A DNA stretch of 64,000 nucleotides, from NCBI GenBank assembly GCA_040222015.1, contig JAVJWO010000040.1, forward strand, positions 71,964 to 135,963, in the 5' to 3' direction. The notes under the pieces are model-generated. The model did no database searches, was not told the DNA's origin, and was given only the letters and a program-made list of their open reading frames with translations. Below are positions 1 to 10,853 of the stretch, in pieces. The translations under genes were made by a program, and so were the position numbers. How positions within the stretch are numbered: position 1 is the first letter of the stretch; each line of letters starts with the position of its first letter. Origin of the DNA: Coleofasciculus chthonoplastes F2-STO-03. Lineage in GTDB: Bacteria; Cyanobacteriota; Cyanobacteriia; Cyanobacteriales; Coleofasciculaceae.

Positions 1-26
1 TTGCGTCCGCTTGTAAAAGTTAGTTC

Positions 27-212
27 CTATTGACCAAACTCAATCCTAGCTTGCTCAACAATATCTACGGTAACGACATCCAAATCCGCTTCACGAGCTA
101 AATGCTCAATCCGTTGTCGAGCTTGAGTACGCACAAAATAAGGTATTTTTTTGAGTTTCGCCTTAGCTTCGGGTGTCCAGTCTAAGGTATCTGTATAATT
201 AGCGCTGTTCAT
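27..212 (-). CDS. PCP-reductase-family small protein (ChlB/BchB C-terminal-like domain)
   Basis: 61-aa ORF with [25 protein letters not shown], the PCP_red signature (W...A...L..IP.FVR..AR...E). Confidence 0.8.
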   Translation of the reverse strand: MNSANYTDTLDWTPEAKAKLKKIPYFVRTQARQRIEHLAREADLDVVTVDIVEQARIEFGQ

Positions 213-281
213 AGTTCAATGCAAGCGGGAGACTTTTCTCATTCCGCTTTGATCTTAACCCAGAGGGGCAGGAGGCGGGGA

Positions 282-326
282 GCTGGGGGAGCTGGGGGAG
301 CTGGGGAAGCTGGGGGAGCTGGGGAA
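282..326 (+). repeat. Tandem 9-bp G-rich repeat (GCTGGGGRA)x5
   Basis: Read directly in an intergenic region. Confidence 0.95.
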
Positions 327-360
327 GAGGATTACCGATGAACCATGAACAATCAACAAA

Positions 361-394
361 TGACGAATGACAAATGACAAATGACAAATGACGA
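361..394 (+). repeat. STRR2-like heptamer tandem repeat (TGACRAA), about 5 copies
   Basis: TGACGAA TGACAAA TGACAAA TGACAAA TGACGA; reverse complement of the cyanobacterial STRR2 TT(G/T)GTCA. Confidence 0.85.
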
Positions 395-431
395 TCAGAG
401 CCATTAACTTTTATTGTGCCTATCTACTTAA

Positions 432-1355
432 CTAAATCCCAGCTAACCAATCGAGTAACATCTGATTAAACTGTTCTGGGCATTCATCATGAGGACAATG
501 ACCCGCATTATCCAACTCGATCAACTTGATATTCGGGTTGAGAGCGGCAAACTGCTGGGCTAACTGGGAAGGAATCATCCGGTCTTGACGCCCCCAAATT
601 AACAGTATAGGACTATCCAAAGTCGGCAAAACTGATTTGACCGGAGGACCAAATTTAGATGAAGTCATCGCTTTAAACAGCGCACTAAATGTAGCCGCCG
701 CCCCGCGATCGCGAGCAGGGTGGGTGAGAATGTCCACTAATTCTGCATCAATAGCGCTAGGGTTGGCATAAGCAAGTCCTGCCCATTTCTGGACAATTGA
801 TGGGCGTCGCAGCAGATAAAAAAGACTTTGGAGCACCACAGGAGACGCGACTAGACCCTCAACTGTTGATACCACAGGTCTCAGCCAAGTCGGAAGTGCC
901 TCTTCTCGGAGGGAAAAATCTGGCAAATTAACCAAGGCAAGTCCCTTAACCATCTCCGGGTGAGTGGCGGCTGCGCTCAGAGCCACCAGTGAACCGATTG
1001 AGTTCCCCACTAACACTACGGGGTGTTGAATCAAGGTTCGCCAGAATTCATAAACTTGATTGACCCACAACTCAATCGTATACCTTGTCACAGCTTTGCG
1101 CGAACTGCCAAACCCCAACAGATCTAGCGCATAAACCGGGTAGTTCTGACCCAGTACAGGTAGGTTATGACGCCAATGTCCGATGGAAGTACCAAATCCA
1201 TGCAGCAGCAGAACGGGAGGAGTCAATGTTGAGTGAGACTGCGGTGGACGAATATAAGTATAACGAGTCTGCCAACCTTGCCAAACCCAGTCTCGTTGAT
1301 TGCCGACTCGTTGCTGCCACGATACCGATGGATTCACACCATGCCTCAACTTCAA
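432..1355 (-). CDS. Alpha/beta hydrolase fold protein
   Basis: LLLHGFG, DLLGFG, GNSIG nucleophile elbow, WGRQD and GHCPHDE motifs. Confidence 0.92.
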   Translation of the reverse strand: MKLRHGVNPSVSWQQRVGNQRDWVWQGWQTRYTYIRPPQSHSTLTPPVLLLHGFGTSIGHWRHNLPVLGQNYPVYALDLLGFGSSRKAVTRYTIELWVNQVYEFWRTLIQHPVVLVGNSIGSLVALSAAATHPEMVKGLALVNLPDFSLREEALPTWLRPVVSTVEGLVASPVVLQSLFYLLRRPSIVQKWAGLAYANPSAIDAELVDILTHPARDRGAAATFSALFKAMTSSKFGPPVKSVLPTLDSPILLIWGRQDRMIPSQLAQQFAALNPNIKLIELDNAGHCPHDECPEQFNQMLLDWLAGI

Positions 1356-1474
1356 AAACGTTTACAACTCCTTACCTATTATGGACAGAAACTGGATCAG
1401 AGTCAGTAAAATGGCAAGTAAAATCCGCTTACTTTTATCCAACCCTTAACAACTAGAAATTCAAGCAGACACCC

Positions 1475-2002
1475 GTGAGTGATAGAAGACGCCAACGCGA
1501 TCTACCCCAAATCAACGAAAGAATCCGCTATCCTAAGATTCGTGCGATTGATACCGATGGCACACAGCTAGGAATCATTGCCCCTCAAGAGGCTTTATGC
1601 ATCGCTGAGGAAAAAGAGTTGGATCTTGTCTTGGTTAGCGATAAGGCAGATCCGCCCGTGTGCCGGATCATGGACTACGGCAAATACAAATTTGAACAGG
1701 AGAAGAAAGCCCGCGAAGCCCGGAAGAAGCAACACACGGCGGACGTTAAAGAAGTCAAGATGCGCTATAAGATTGATGATCATGACTACCAGGTGCGTGT
1801 CAACGCCGCTAGGCGCTTTCTGAAATCAGGAGATAAAGTTAAAGCCACGATTACCTTTCGGGGGCGAGAAATTCAGCACGCTAACTTAGCCGAAGACTTG
1901 CTCAAGCGCATGGCAACGGATTTACATGACGTTGCCGAAGTGCAGCAAGCCCCCAAACGGGAAGGTCGTAATATGATGATGCTACTCTCTTCCAAAAAAT
2001 AA
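1475..2002 (+). CDS. infC: Translation initiation factor IF-3
   Basis: [26 protein letters not shown] and FRGRE motifs; non-ATG (GTG) start typical of infC. Confidence 0.98.
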   Translation: MSDRRRQRDLPQINERIRYPKIRAIDTDGTQLGIIAPQEALCIAEEKELDLVLVSDKADPPVCRIMDYGKYKFEQEKKAREARKKQHTADVKEVKMRYKIDDHDYQVRVNAARRFLKSGDKVKATITFRGREIQHANLAEDLLKRMATDLHDVAEVQQAPKREGRNMMMLLSSKK

Positions 2003-2010
2003 GACTTGGG

Positions 2011-5000
2011 ATGAAACTACAAACTCGTACTCGCATTCAAAATGAATGGGTACGGCGAATCCTAGAATGGGTCAATCTTCGCCCAGAAGAAGGCGAGCGC
2101 ACCTTTTTGATGTTCGCCTTCTACACCGCTACCTCAGTTGGGCTGCTTTGGTTTGAGTATAGTGCGACAGCACTGTTCTTGGACGAATACGGTGCGAGGT
2201 GGTTACCCGCCATTTATATCGCCAGCTCCCTGATGGTGTCTGGACTAGGGGTCTTATACTCTTGGCTACAAGAACGGGTACCGATGAGGCGTGTCTTGGT
2301 CACAGTCGCTTTCCTAACGGGCGTACCCTTGTTGATCTTACGGTTGACCTTAGGCTTTAGCTATTTAAACGGTTTAATCGCCTTGGGTACCGTTTTTCTG
2401 TTGCGATTGTGGATGGATGCGGTCGAAGTTCTCAATGATCTCAACTCTCAAGTTGCCGCGAATCAATTATTCAATATTCGGGAAATTAAGCGCACTTATC
2501 CGATTGTGTCATCAGGACTCTTAGTGGCTGATGTTATCTCCGGCTTTTCTTTACCCCTGCTGCTGTTGGTTGTCGGCACAATTCAAAACGTTCTCGTGGT
2601 GGCGGCGTTGATGATGATGGTTGGCGCTGGCACCTTGTTTTATTTAACCCAACGCTACCAGCAAGCCTTTCCTAACTTACCCACAAGGGATTGGGAAGAC
2701 GATGACCAGAAATTTGTGGTTCGCCGCACGACCGGACATCTACAACGCTATATTGTGCCGTTATTTGCCTTTTTTATTCTCGGTGAAGCCCTGTATCTGC
2801 TGGTAGAGTTCCAATATCTGGGTCAATTAGAGGCAAATTTAGAAGCCTCAGATATTGCTGGGTTTTTGGGGTTATTCAGTGGGATTGTCGGCATATTTGA
2901 ACTCACCTCTCAGTGGTTCCTATCCAGTCGCGCCGTGGAACGTCTGGGCGTCTTTGTCGCGGCGATGATGCTACCTGCGTCCTTAGCGATTATGGGCTTA
3001 ATCACATTGAGTGGTTTACTGGATGTGGTGATTAAGCTATTCGGTGCCGTCATTACCATCCCCGGATTCGTGACCGGATTATTTGTCGGTCTAATTTTCC
3101 TGCGGTTTATTGACGAACTCCTGCGCTATACCTTAATTGCTGGCATTGAACCGTTCTTGTTCCAACCGATACCTGAAGGAATTCGTAATGCCCTGCAAAC
3201 CCGAGTACAGGGAATTGCAGAACCCATAACCACGGGTATTACGGGCATTAGTATGCTCGCTGGGATCTGGCTGTTGCATCACCTATTCCCAGGACAGCCG
3301 GAAGCTCAAATTCAACAATGGCAGAGTGGTATGTTTATTCTTGCCATTGTGTTTTTCTCCCTAATCTGGTTGCTGAGTGCTTGGTCGATGCGCTCGACTT
3401 ACGTTACCTTGCTGGTTGATAGCGCTGAACAAGGACGCTTAGGGTTTTCTGATGTTGACTTAAAGGCGTTCAAGCGAACGGTGATAGAAACCTTAGAACA
3501 ACCGGGTACGGAAGCTGATAAACGCTCTTGTATTCAACTGTTATCCCAGATTGACCCCACGAATGTGGGTGAGGTACTCGCTCCCCTTTTGCCTCGCCTT
3601 TCTATTGCGCTTCAGTGTCAGAGTCTAGAGGCGATGTTGGAGTATCCCAACCCAGCCTATTGTCAGGATGTGCAAGTCTTGATTGAGCAAAAACCGCCGC
3701 CAGAAGTTTTGGCGTTGGCGCTGCGTTATGTTTGGCTGACTCAACCGGAATTGGATATTGACACGATTAAACCTTATCTCCATGGGACAGTTGATCCGAT
3801 GGTGCGAGCCACAGCCGCTGCGATTATCTTGCGTCGGGGAACCTCGCAAGAGAAGGCGGAAGCGACAGAGATCCTGCGGCGAATGGTGATCTCAAAACGG
3901 GAACGAGAACGGGTGATGGGGACGCGGGCTTTAGGAGAGGCAGAGTATTTGCAAGCCTTGAGAGTTCATATTCCTCATCTGTTAAAAGATGAATCGTTGC
4001 GTGTTCGTTGCGCTTTATTAGAGGTGATTGCGTCAACCCATTTGGATGAGTTCTACCCATCGCTAGTACGAGGACTTTATTACAAATCGACTCGTGAAGC
4101 GGCTCGCATGGCGTTGGTACGTCTGGGGAATGAAGCAATTCCGTTGCTGCTGGAGTTGGCAGAAGATATCCATAAACCGGATTTAGTTCGGGTACAAGCT
4201 TGGACGGCGTTGGCGGAGATTGGCACACCCGAAACCCTGAACTATCTGGTGCAACAGCTAATGACGAGTTGGGGGATCAGCCGTCGTAATATTCTCCGCA
4301 GCTTATTGAAAATTCCTAATGAGGAAGGAATCGATGTGGTGCTAGATCAGTTGGGACGGAGTGGGATTGAGACGTTAATTGAGCAAGAACTGCTGTTTTT
4401 GGGTCAGATTTATGCCGCTCTGGTGGATTTGAAGCCAGAACTGATCAGTGGACAGGAGGCAGATTTGCTGCGACGGGCGTTAAATGATCAGCAAAAGGAT
4501 TTGCTGGAGAATTGTTTTTTGCTGATGAAGTTTCTTTATCCCGTTGGTGCAATTCAAGCGGCATCCTTTAATCTGGAATCTGAGTCTCGCTCCAATATTG
4601 CGATGGGATTGGAAATATTGGATAATACCATAGATATTCCCCAAAAGCAAGCCTTTTTAACTCTGTTTGATCGCCGTTCCTTTGGCGAAAAGCTGGAATG
4701 TTTGCAAGAACTGGTGTCTTATCAACCGATGAATCCCAGCGATCGCGTGCGACGATTGATTGAGTTTCGTCATTTTCTCTCGGATTGGACTCTGGCTTGT
4801 TGTTTCCATTTAGCGCGGGGGGCTTATATGAGTTTGACACCGGCAGCAACGTTAGTCTGTCTGCGTCATCCCACGGGTTTTGTCCGAGAAGCGGTTTTAA
4901 CCTATTTGAAAGCTGCATCGCCCCGTGCTTGTATCGAATTACTACCGATGCTTAAACATGATTCCGATCGGTTGGTGGCGGCGGTAGCTCAACAGATGAG

Positions 5001-5025
5001 TAACGAATTTGGTCTGGTGAGTTAA
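2011..5025 (+). CDS. Membrane transporter-like (Npt/TLC, MFS-type) N-terminal domain fused to HEAT repeats
   Basis: About 470 aa of hydrophobic helices with QLFNIREIKRTYP, followed by helical HEAT-like repeats (e.g. DESLRVRCALLEVIA). Confidence 0.8.
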   Translation: MKLQTRTRIQNEWVRRILEWVNLRPEEGERTFLMFAFYTATSVGLLWFEYSATALFLDEYGARWLPAIYIASSLMVSGLGVLYSWLQERVPMRRVLVTVAFLTGVPLLILRLTLGFSYLNGLIALGTVFLLRLWMDAVEVLNDLNSQVAANQLFNIREIKRTYPIVSSGLLVADVISGFSLPLLLLVVGTIQNVLVVAALMMMVGAGTLFYLTQRYQQAFPNLPTRDWEDDDQKFVVRRTTGHLQRYIVPLFAFFILGEALYLLVEFQYLGQLEANLEASDIAGFLGLFSGIVGIFELTSQWFLSSRAVERLGVFVAAMMLPASLAIMGLITLSGLLDVVIKLFGAVITIPGFVTGLFVGLIFLRFIDELLRYTLIAGIEPFLFQPIPEGIRNALQTRVQGIAEPITTGITGISMLAGIWLLHHLFPGQPEAQIQQWQSGMFILAIVFFSLIWLLSAWSMRSTYVTLLVDSAEQGRLGFSDVDLKAFKRTVIETLEQPGTEADKRSCIQLLSQIDPTNVGEVLAPLLPRLSIALQCQSLEAMLEYPNPAYCQDVQVLIEQKPPPEVLALALRYVWLTQPELDIDTIKPYLHGTVDPMVRATAAAIILRRGTSQEKAEATEILRRMVISKRERERVMGTRALGEAEYLQALRVHIPHLLKDESLRVRCALLEVIASTHLDEFYPSLVRGLYYKSTREAARMALVRLGNEAIPLLLELAEDIHKPDLVRVQAWTALAEIGTPETLNYLVQQLMTSWGISRRNILRSLLKIPNEEGIDVVLDQLGRSGIETLIEQELLFLGQIYAALVDLKPELISGQEADLLRRALNDQQKDLLENCFLLMKFLYPVGAIQAASFNLESESRSNIAMGLEILDNTIDIPQKQAFLTLFDRRSFGEKLECLQELVSYQPMNPSDRVRRLIEFRHFLSDWTLACCFHLARGAYMSLTPAATLVCLRHPTGFVREAVLTYLKAASPRACIELLPMLKHDSDRLVAAVAQQMSNEFGLVS

Positions 5026-5149
5026 CCTTGTTACCGACCGAAGCCGAGATATGTCCACCTACTTATTTTGCGTCAAAGTGGGATAGAGTAAACTAGACCT
5101 TTGTTCAGCTATATTTAGCACCAATCTCCAGCAGCTACCCGCTAACCCC

Positions 5150-5632
5150 ATGTTAACCAGCGTTGAGCGTTTACTTTTTGTCAGGGGCGTCCCCATTTTT
5201 CAGGAATTGCGGGACGATTTTCTGGTGCGCGTTGCTTCGGTTATGGATGAGCTATCATTTCCGAGTGATCATACGATTGTTACCCAAGGGGAAGAAGGGC
5301 GATCGCTATACATTGTGGTGTCCGGTTCCGTGCGGGTTCACATTGGCGATCGCGATTTGGCATATCTGAAGCAAGGTGCTTGTTTTGGCGAGATGTCACT
5401 TTTTGATGCTGAACCGCGTTCGGCTTCGGTGACAACATTGGAAACCTGCGAATGTCTGATGCTGACTCAACTGCAATTGTATGACGCTATTGATGAGACG
5501 CCAGGAATTGCGATTAATATTATCCGCTTACTCTCCCGCCGCATTCGAGAACTGAATAATAAGTTGAATGCTTACGAAGTGAAACATCCGGCGTCTGATT
5601 TCAGTAAAACCAGCAGTAATTTTACGAGGTAG
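5150..5632 (+). CDS. Cyclic nucleotide-binding domain protein (no HTH)
   Basis: QGEEGRSLYIVVSGSV and FGEMSLFDAEPRSASV phosphate-binding cassette. Confidence 0.92.
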   Translation: MLTSVERLLFVRGVPIFQELRDDFLVRVASVMDELSFPSDHTIVTQGEEGRSLYIVVSGSVRVHIGDRDLAYLKQGACFGEMSLFDAEPRSASVTTLETCECLMLTQLQLYDAIDETPGIAINIIRLLSRRIRELNNKLNAYEVKHPASDFSKTSSNFTR

Positions 5633-5639
5633 TTAAGGA

Positions 5640-7076
5640 TTACAGCTTTAGAGCTTTGTGCCTATAGTGATTCCCAGTTTCTTGGAGATCTAGAGCGATT
5701 CGTTCTCGCAATTTCCAAGGTAGCAAGACTTCTACTTCTGCACCTAAAGCCCGTAAGCGCCGGATTACGTGATAATCGTTAACCCGGTATTGATCTTGGT
5801 AGTAGCCATCATCGGGAGAGCGATGTTGAAGAATGTCTAGCCGAGTATTTTTGTGTTCGGGATTGGGCGTATGTTGTTTGATTAAACGGGTGGCTTGCTG
5901 ATAGTTAATCGGGGCAAAGGTGTGATGCAAGAACGTACCTCGAATATAGTGATCATGAAACTGTTGGTTAAACCGTAGTACCATCAACGCCGATGGTTTA
6001 TAGAAATCAAATCCCCAGGCTTGTTTCAGCTTCGTGTGAACCGTTGTGGGTGTGGGCAATTGGTTCTTCTTGTATTGCTCCTGCAACAACTGGGGGACGC
6101 GAGTATCTGTCCAGTTTAATGGCATCAACCGCTCAGAGCAAATTCGGTCGAGGCGATAATTGTGCCAGTTGATTTCGCTTTTGGGAGTGCTGCCATAGGC
6201 ACATAAGTATTTTGCCCGTTCCATATAATAGATACAAACCGGATAGACAACGCATTCTTTGATTAAACCCAAATGAGCGCTGTGATAAGTCATGAGTAGG
6301 GGAGACATTTGTCCAGAGTCCCAAATGTCCTGCAATTGTCCCTGAAGTTGATCCACCTGATCTTGTTTTTGGGTGGATTCGGGGACTAAGTAATCAATGT
6401 ATAAAAAGACACGATGAGTATCGTCTTGGGGATGGGGAGAGATTTGCTCAGTTAAGAATGGGATATTGGGGTCGAGAAAACTTACCATTTCCAAGGTTTC
6501 TGCCAAATAAACCTGCTCTTGAGGCGTCAGATTGCTGTTAGAGATTCGGTTTTCTGGTTGTTGAGAAATGGGCAAGACTTGGACGCGACGGTAGTTCTTG
6601 CTTCTCCCGGTTGAGTGAGGAACTCGTTGCAGCCAGTTGAGATCAACCAGTAAGTCTAAGTCACTCTGAAGGGATTTACGAACTTGAGCAAATAGCCGTT
6701 CGTGGAGTAAGTTTTTCAGGTCAGAATCAGAAATTGACAGGTGTTGTTGTAGGGATTCTTGCCATTTATCAATGGCTATATTCACTTCTTTGAGCCATGT
6801 TCTGGTGGTTTTCGTGCAGGCACAGTTAGGTTCGTGGTGCTGGAGAATATCGTTTTGTTTCTCATCCTGGTGCGTTGGGCTGAAGAAGGCTTGACGCCAA
6901 TCCGCGTAGGTGAATCTGTCGGGCAAAGCCGCGTATCCCTGATCCCCATACAGCCAGCGCAGCCAAACCCATAATCTCACCGCCCGGGTGAGATGGTGAT
7001 TTTGTTGCAAAAGTCCTTTGGCTAATCGTTGCAGGAGTTCAGGTTGGGGGGGATGGCGAAAGAATAGATCAGACAT
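5640..7076 (-). CDS. WYL-domain CRISPR-associated regulator (TIGR03985-like)
   Basis: YPVCIYY..RAKYLCAYG, WHNYRLDRI and WGFDFY motifs; divergent from the cas genes; ATG at 7076 preferred over the ORF-track start. Confidence 0.88.
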   Translation of the reverse strand: MSDLFFRHPPQPELLQRLAKGLLQQNHHLTRAVRLWVWLRWLYGDQGYAALPDRFTYADWRQAFFSPTHQDEKQNDILQHHEPNCACTKTTRTWLKEVNIAIDKWQESLQQHLSISDSDLKNLLHERLFAQVRKSLQSDLDLLVDLNWLQRVPHSTGRSKNYRRVQVLPISQQPENRISNSNLTPQEQVYLAETLEMVSFLDPNIPFLTEQISPHPQDDTHRVFLYIDYLVPESTQKQDQVDQLQGQLQDIWDSGQMSPLLMTYHSAHLGLIKECVVYPVCIYYMERAKYLCAYGSTPKSEINWHNYRLDRICSERLMPLNWTDTRVPQLLQEQYKKNQLPTPTTVHTKLKQAWGFDFYKPSALMVLRFNQQFHDHYIRGTFLHHTFAPINYQQATRLIKQHTPNPEHKNTRLDILQHRSPDDGYYQDQYRVNDYHVIRRLRALGAEVEVLLPWKLRERIALDLQETGNHYRHKALKL

Positions 7077-7119
7077 CAGTTTTGGTTTTGTTGAGTGTGG
7101 CTTATAGGTTATCAAGTAT

Positions 7120-7152
7120 CGGAAGGGGGTGCTTCCGCAGGGGTGGCATAAT
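7120..7152 (+). promoter_or_regulatory. Inverted repeat CGGAAG-N6-CTTCCG next to an extended -10-like TGGCATAAT (candidate WYL operator and cas promoter)
   Basis: Palindrome at 7120-7137 and CATAAT at 7147-7152 between the divergent WYL and CARF genes. Confidence 0.4.
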
Positions 7153-7285
7153 TTTGGGTACAGAGGCGATCGCGCCCTCGACTCGTCCCCCTCTCAATCC
7201 CATGGAGATAAGTTGGATTAGAGTGTTAAGGAAGAGCGATCGCCTATCTCACTCCAGCAGCGACGTCATACACAGGTTAGCCACT

Positions 7286-8320
7286 ATGAACACATCTGAG
7301 TTGGATAAGTACAAAGTCGATCATCTGTTCTTGCTCATTGGGGAAAATCCTTTGCCTAATTATGTAGCTGCCAGACTCTTGTTAAACAAGGGAGGTATGC
7401 CCTATCTGGTTTACTCAAAGGGTACAAAAGATCCAGCGGAGCGTTTACAAACAATATTGAGTAACGAGTCAATTGGCTTAGAAACAGCTCAACTTGTGCC
7501 ACTTAATGATTACGAATCCGATGCTTATCACATTAAAAATGCGATTCGTCTAAGACTAGAATCTATCAAAGTGGGAAACATTGGATTGAATTACACGGGT
7601 GGTACGAAGGCGATGGCTGTACACGCTTACAGAGCCGTTTTCAGCAAAGAGCGTCCCGACACTGTTTTTAGCTATCTTGATCCACGCAAGCTAGAGATAT
7701 GTATTGATCGAGAAGATTCTCCCTGCATCGGCATTAAAGTGAAGCCAGAATTGTTGGAAGTCAAACTTGTAGAGTTTTTTAATCTTCACGGTTTGAAGTT
7801 AAACGGAAAACCTACTCAAGAAGTGCAATTACCTGAATTAGCAGCAGCACTTACCCAAGTATTTAATAATGAGGATAAAGCAAAACGGTGGTTTGATTGG
7901 TACTGCAATGTTTTCTGTAAAGAGGCTCGTAAGAAGAAAAATGGCAATTGGGGTGATTGGAACAGCAAGACAAAATTAGCTGCATTATCAATATCAGTCG
8001 AAAAATTACCGCCAGAAGTTGAGGCTGAGTTTAAGGGAGAAAACTTAATTGATTCAACTGGCAAACTCTCGTTGCAAGCAGTACAACAATTAAAGACCAT
8101 AAAACAGGAGCCTGTCTTTAAAGAAATCAAGGATTTTTGTAAATACCTGGACGGCTTGTGGTTAGAGCATTATGTTTTGAAAAAAGTCAAAAATATTGCT
8201 GATAAAAACTATATCAAAGATTGCGGACTTAATTTTAAAGTATCTCTCCCAGGAACTCAACAGGGATTTGAATTTGATGTGTTGGTGAATACTTCTGGGC
8301 AAAGGAAGGAGGGATTGTAA
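7286..8320 (+). pseudogene. CARF-domain protein (DUF1887/Card1-like), C-terminal nuclease truncated
   Basis: VDHLFLLIGENPLPNY and LNYTGGTKAM CARF motifs; GLWLEHYV...FEFDV begins a PD-(D/E)xK domain, then the frame runs into csx10 DNA and stops. Confidence 0.8.
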
Positions 8321-9477
8321 AGTTATACAAAGAAAAGCGACGGATTAATATTCATAATTTTCGCGATCGCAAAAAAGGGAGAGCGACAGATAATCAAGGT
8401 GAACTCTTCCGCTACGAGGCTTTAGATGCAGGACAAACCTTTCAATCTATCATCCTTTGTGAAGATGACGATGTAGAAACCATTCAGAATTTATTAGCCG
8501 AACCAAATATCTGGTTAGGAGGTTCTCAAAGTGCGGGATACGGACATACTAAAATTATTGAAACCCAACCATCTAGCACGAATTGGAGTGAAATAGGAAT
8601 TTCAGCAGAAGACCGAGAAAATGATGACGTTTTGAGTATCACCCTTCTCAGTGACACGCTGTTAAGAAACGATCAGGGTCAACCTGTAGCTGATCCAAGT
8701 TTAATTAAACAAGCGATCGAGGATGTTTTAAATATAACCTTGCCTCAACCTAAACCAGGAGGTATTTTCACTAGCAGTACGTTAATCGGTGGCTTTAACC
8801 GGAAATGGGGATTGCCTTTACCTCAAGTTCCAGCCTTAACAGCAGGGAGTGTGATTGTTTTTGAAAGTGAAGATATTGCAATTACTACAGAACAAATTAA
8901 GCTACTTGAAGTTTGCGGAATTGGAGAGATAAGAGAAGACGGTTTTGGGAGGATTGCTGTAAATTGGCTAAACGATGAATATATTCAAGTAAAATTAGCC
9001 AAGTTATCTAGTACCTCCAGCTTACCGCCGTTAAGAAGCGAAGACTCGCGGCTTTTGGCTGAACAAATGGCACAAAGACTGTTGGAACAAAAGCTAGAAC
9101 AATATCTTCAAAAACAGCTTGGATATTTAAGTTTGGATGAGGGCATGAGTAACAGCCAATTATCACGACTGCAATCTGTTGCCCGACAAGCACTTCCCAA
9201 CGGAGATTGTAATTTAGTTATCTCGCTGCTAAATAACTTACCCTCTAATGCTAAGAATCAGTTTGAGCGCATAAAATTAGGAAACAAATCGTTCAGAAAA
9301 CAGCTAGACGAGTGGCTAGAAAATCCGACAAATTGGATTAATGGTATAGAATTAAAAATTGCTGATGTAGAGCGCAAATTTGATGACGATCGCGCTCGAC
9401 AAGATAAGCTAGCTGAAAAGTACACGCTACGCCTAATTATGGCAGTAGCCAAGAAGGCAACTAAGGAGAAAAACTAA
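8281..9477 (+). pseudogene. csx10: Csx10/Cas5-type RAMP with Cas11-like helical tail (Cas7-Cas5-Cas11 fusion remnant), 5' end deleted
   Basis: Frame open from 8281 (TGA at 8275-8277, no plausible start): RDRKKGRA..GELFRYEAL, LGGSQSAGYG, FNRKWGLP, GIGEIREDGFG. Confidence 0.8.
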
Positions 9478-10253
9478 TGATTCTTGAACGCCTGAACCGC
9501 CACCAACGCCCTATTGCTAAACGCATCATTGTACGAGGCAGATTAATTTTAGATACTCCGACTTGTCTAGGAAGTGGTGATGCAGATAGTCCAACTGATT
9601 TAGCATTACTCAGAGATAGTATTAGTGACCATGCTATTTTAACAGGTTCATCTATTGCAGGTGCTTTGAGAAATTACTTACGTGAGTATGAGCATGGGTA
9701 TGTGACAGGTGAACAAGAGTGCGATCGCGCTACTTCCCTATTTGGTGGAACCCGTCGTGATGATGATGGTGAACAAAGTCCATTAATTGTGAATGATGCC
9801 ATCAGTAGCAAGATACCGACTGTGGAATTGAGAGATGGAGTAGAAATTGAAGGAAAAACTGGTACAGCCAAAAAAGGTCAGAAATACGACTTAGAGCTAT
9901 TAGCCGCCGGAACTGAATTTTCTCTATGTTTTGAATTACTGATAGAGCAGAAACAAGACCCCAGAGAACAGCAAAATTATGAAGATAGGCTAGTAAAATC
10001 ACTAGCATTAGCTTTACGAGGCTTAGAGCTTGGTGAAATTAGCATTGGCATGAAAAAGCGACGGGGCTTTGGTCGCTGTAAAGTGAAAACGTGGCAAGTT
10101 TGGCAATTTGACCTCACTCAAGATGATAAAAGATTAGAATGGCTACTATTTGAGCATTGGTGTACAGAATTATTACCAGAACACGAAACGTATTCGTCAA
10201 TTGCTACTGCTCTTGGGCTGTCTTTGGATGAAGAGGAAGACAAACGCGAATGA
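9477..10253 (+). pseudogene. Csm3/Cas7-group RAMP, probably the first half of a Cas7-Cas7 protein
   Basis: TPTCLGSG, GSSIAGALR, SPLIVND and MKKRRGFG glycine loop; ends abruptly at EDKRE*. Confidence 0.75.
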
Positions 10254-10782
10254 AACGCTTAGAACTTGGTTAGAGGAACAAGCGAGAACCTGTAACCTAA
10301 ATTATCTGCTAGCTCATGCTGAAGACGGTGTAATTTGGGGTCGCTTTGATTCAGGCAAATTAACCACAGCGGAACAGATATTTCACCAGCCTGAGTTTAA
10401 CGTAGATTTTCCATCCCTACGAGTCTTCACCCTTCAACAATGCCGTATCTTTGGCAAAAATACTGAAGTGATGCTCTGGAAAGTGGGTCAAGACGACTGG
10501 AAAGCACGTTCCATTGAGGATAAATATCTGTCAGAAGAGGACTATATTTCCGAAAATCAAATCCTTTGGGGAACTAAAGCCGAGAAGGAATCCAATGGAT
10601 TTACTTTAGTGTCAGATGGCTCTCAAGGTTTAAAACACGCTGTACCTTTAAGTGGGAGTTTTAAAGGTAAAGATTCTCGATTCTTACGTTTAAAAGTACA
10701 TCATTATATTCATTATGATGATGGAGTAGCTCGTATCTATTTGAGTCGTCTGGTTAATTTATATTTTGATAGCAATACTTAG
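10249..10782 (+). pseudogene. csx19: Csx19 (type III-D), start missing
   Basis: YLLAHAEDGVIWGRF, TLQQCRIFG, ILWGT, QGLKHAVP and ARIYLSRLV; no in-frame start after the cas7 stop. Confidence 0.8.
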
Positions 10783-10853
10783 ATTTTAATTATTTGTCTC
10801 AATAGCATCGAACTCACATTAAAATAAGAATAGATTGCATTAAGGAGCAAATT

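Noticed and set aside
199-387. 62-aa ORF with LPQ repeats
   Set aside because: It is a translation of tandem DNA repeats and overlaps the neighbouring gene start
10250-10273. ATG at 10250 as the true csx19 start, coupled to the cas7 stop
   Set aside because: That frame stops after 7 codons, whereas the Csx19-like sequence (NETLRTWLEEQA) is in another frame, so a deletion join fits better
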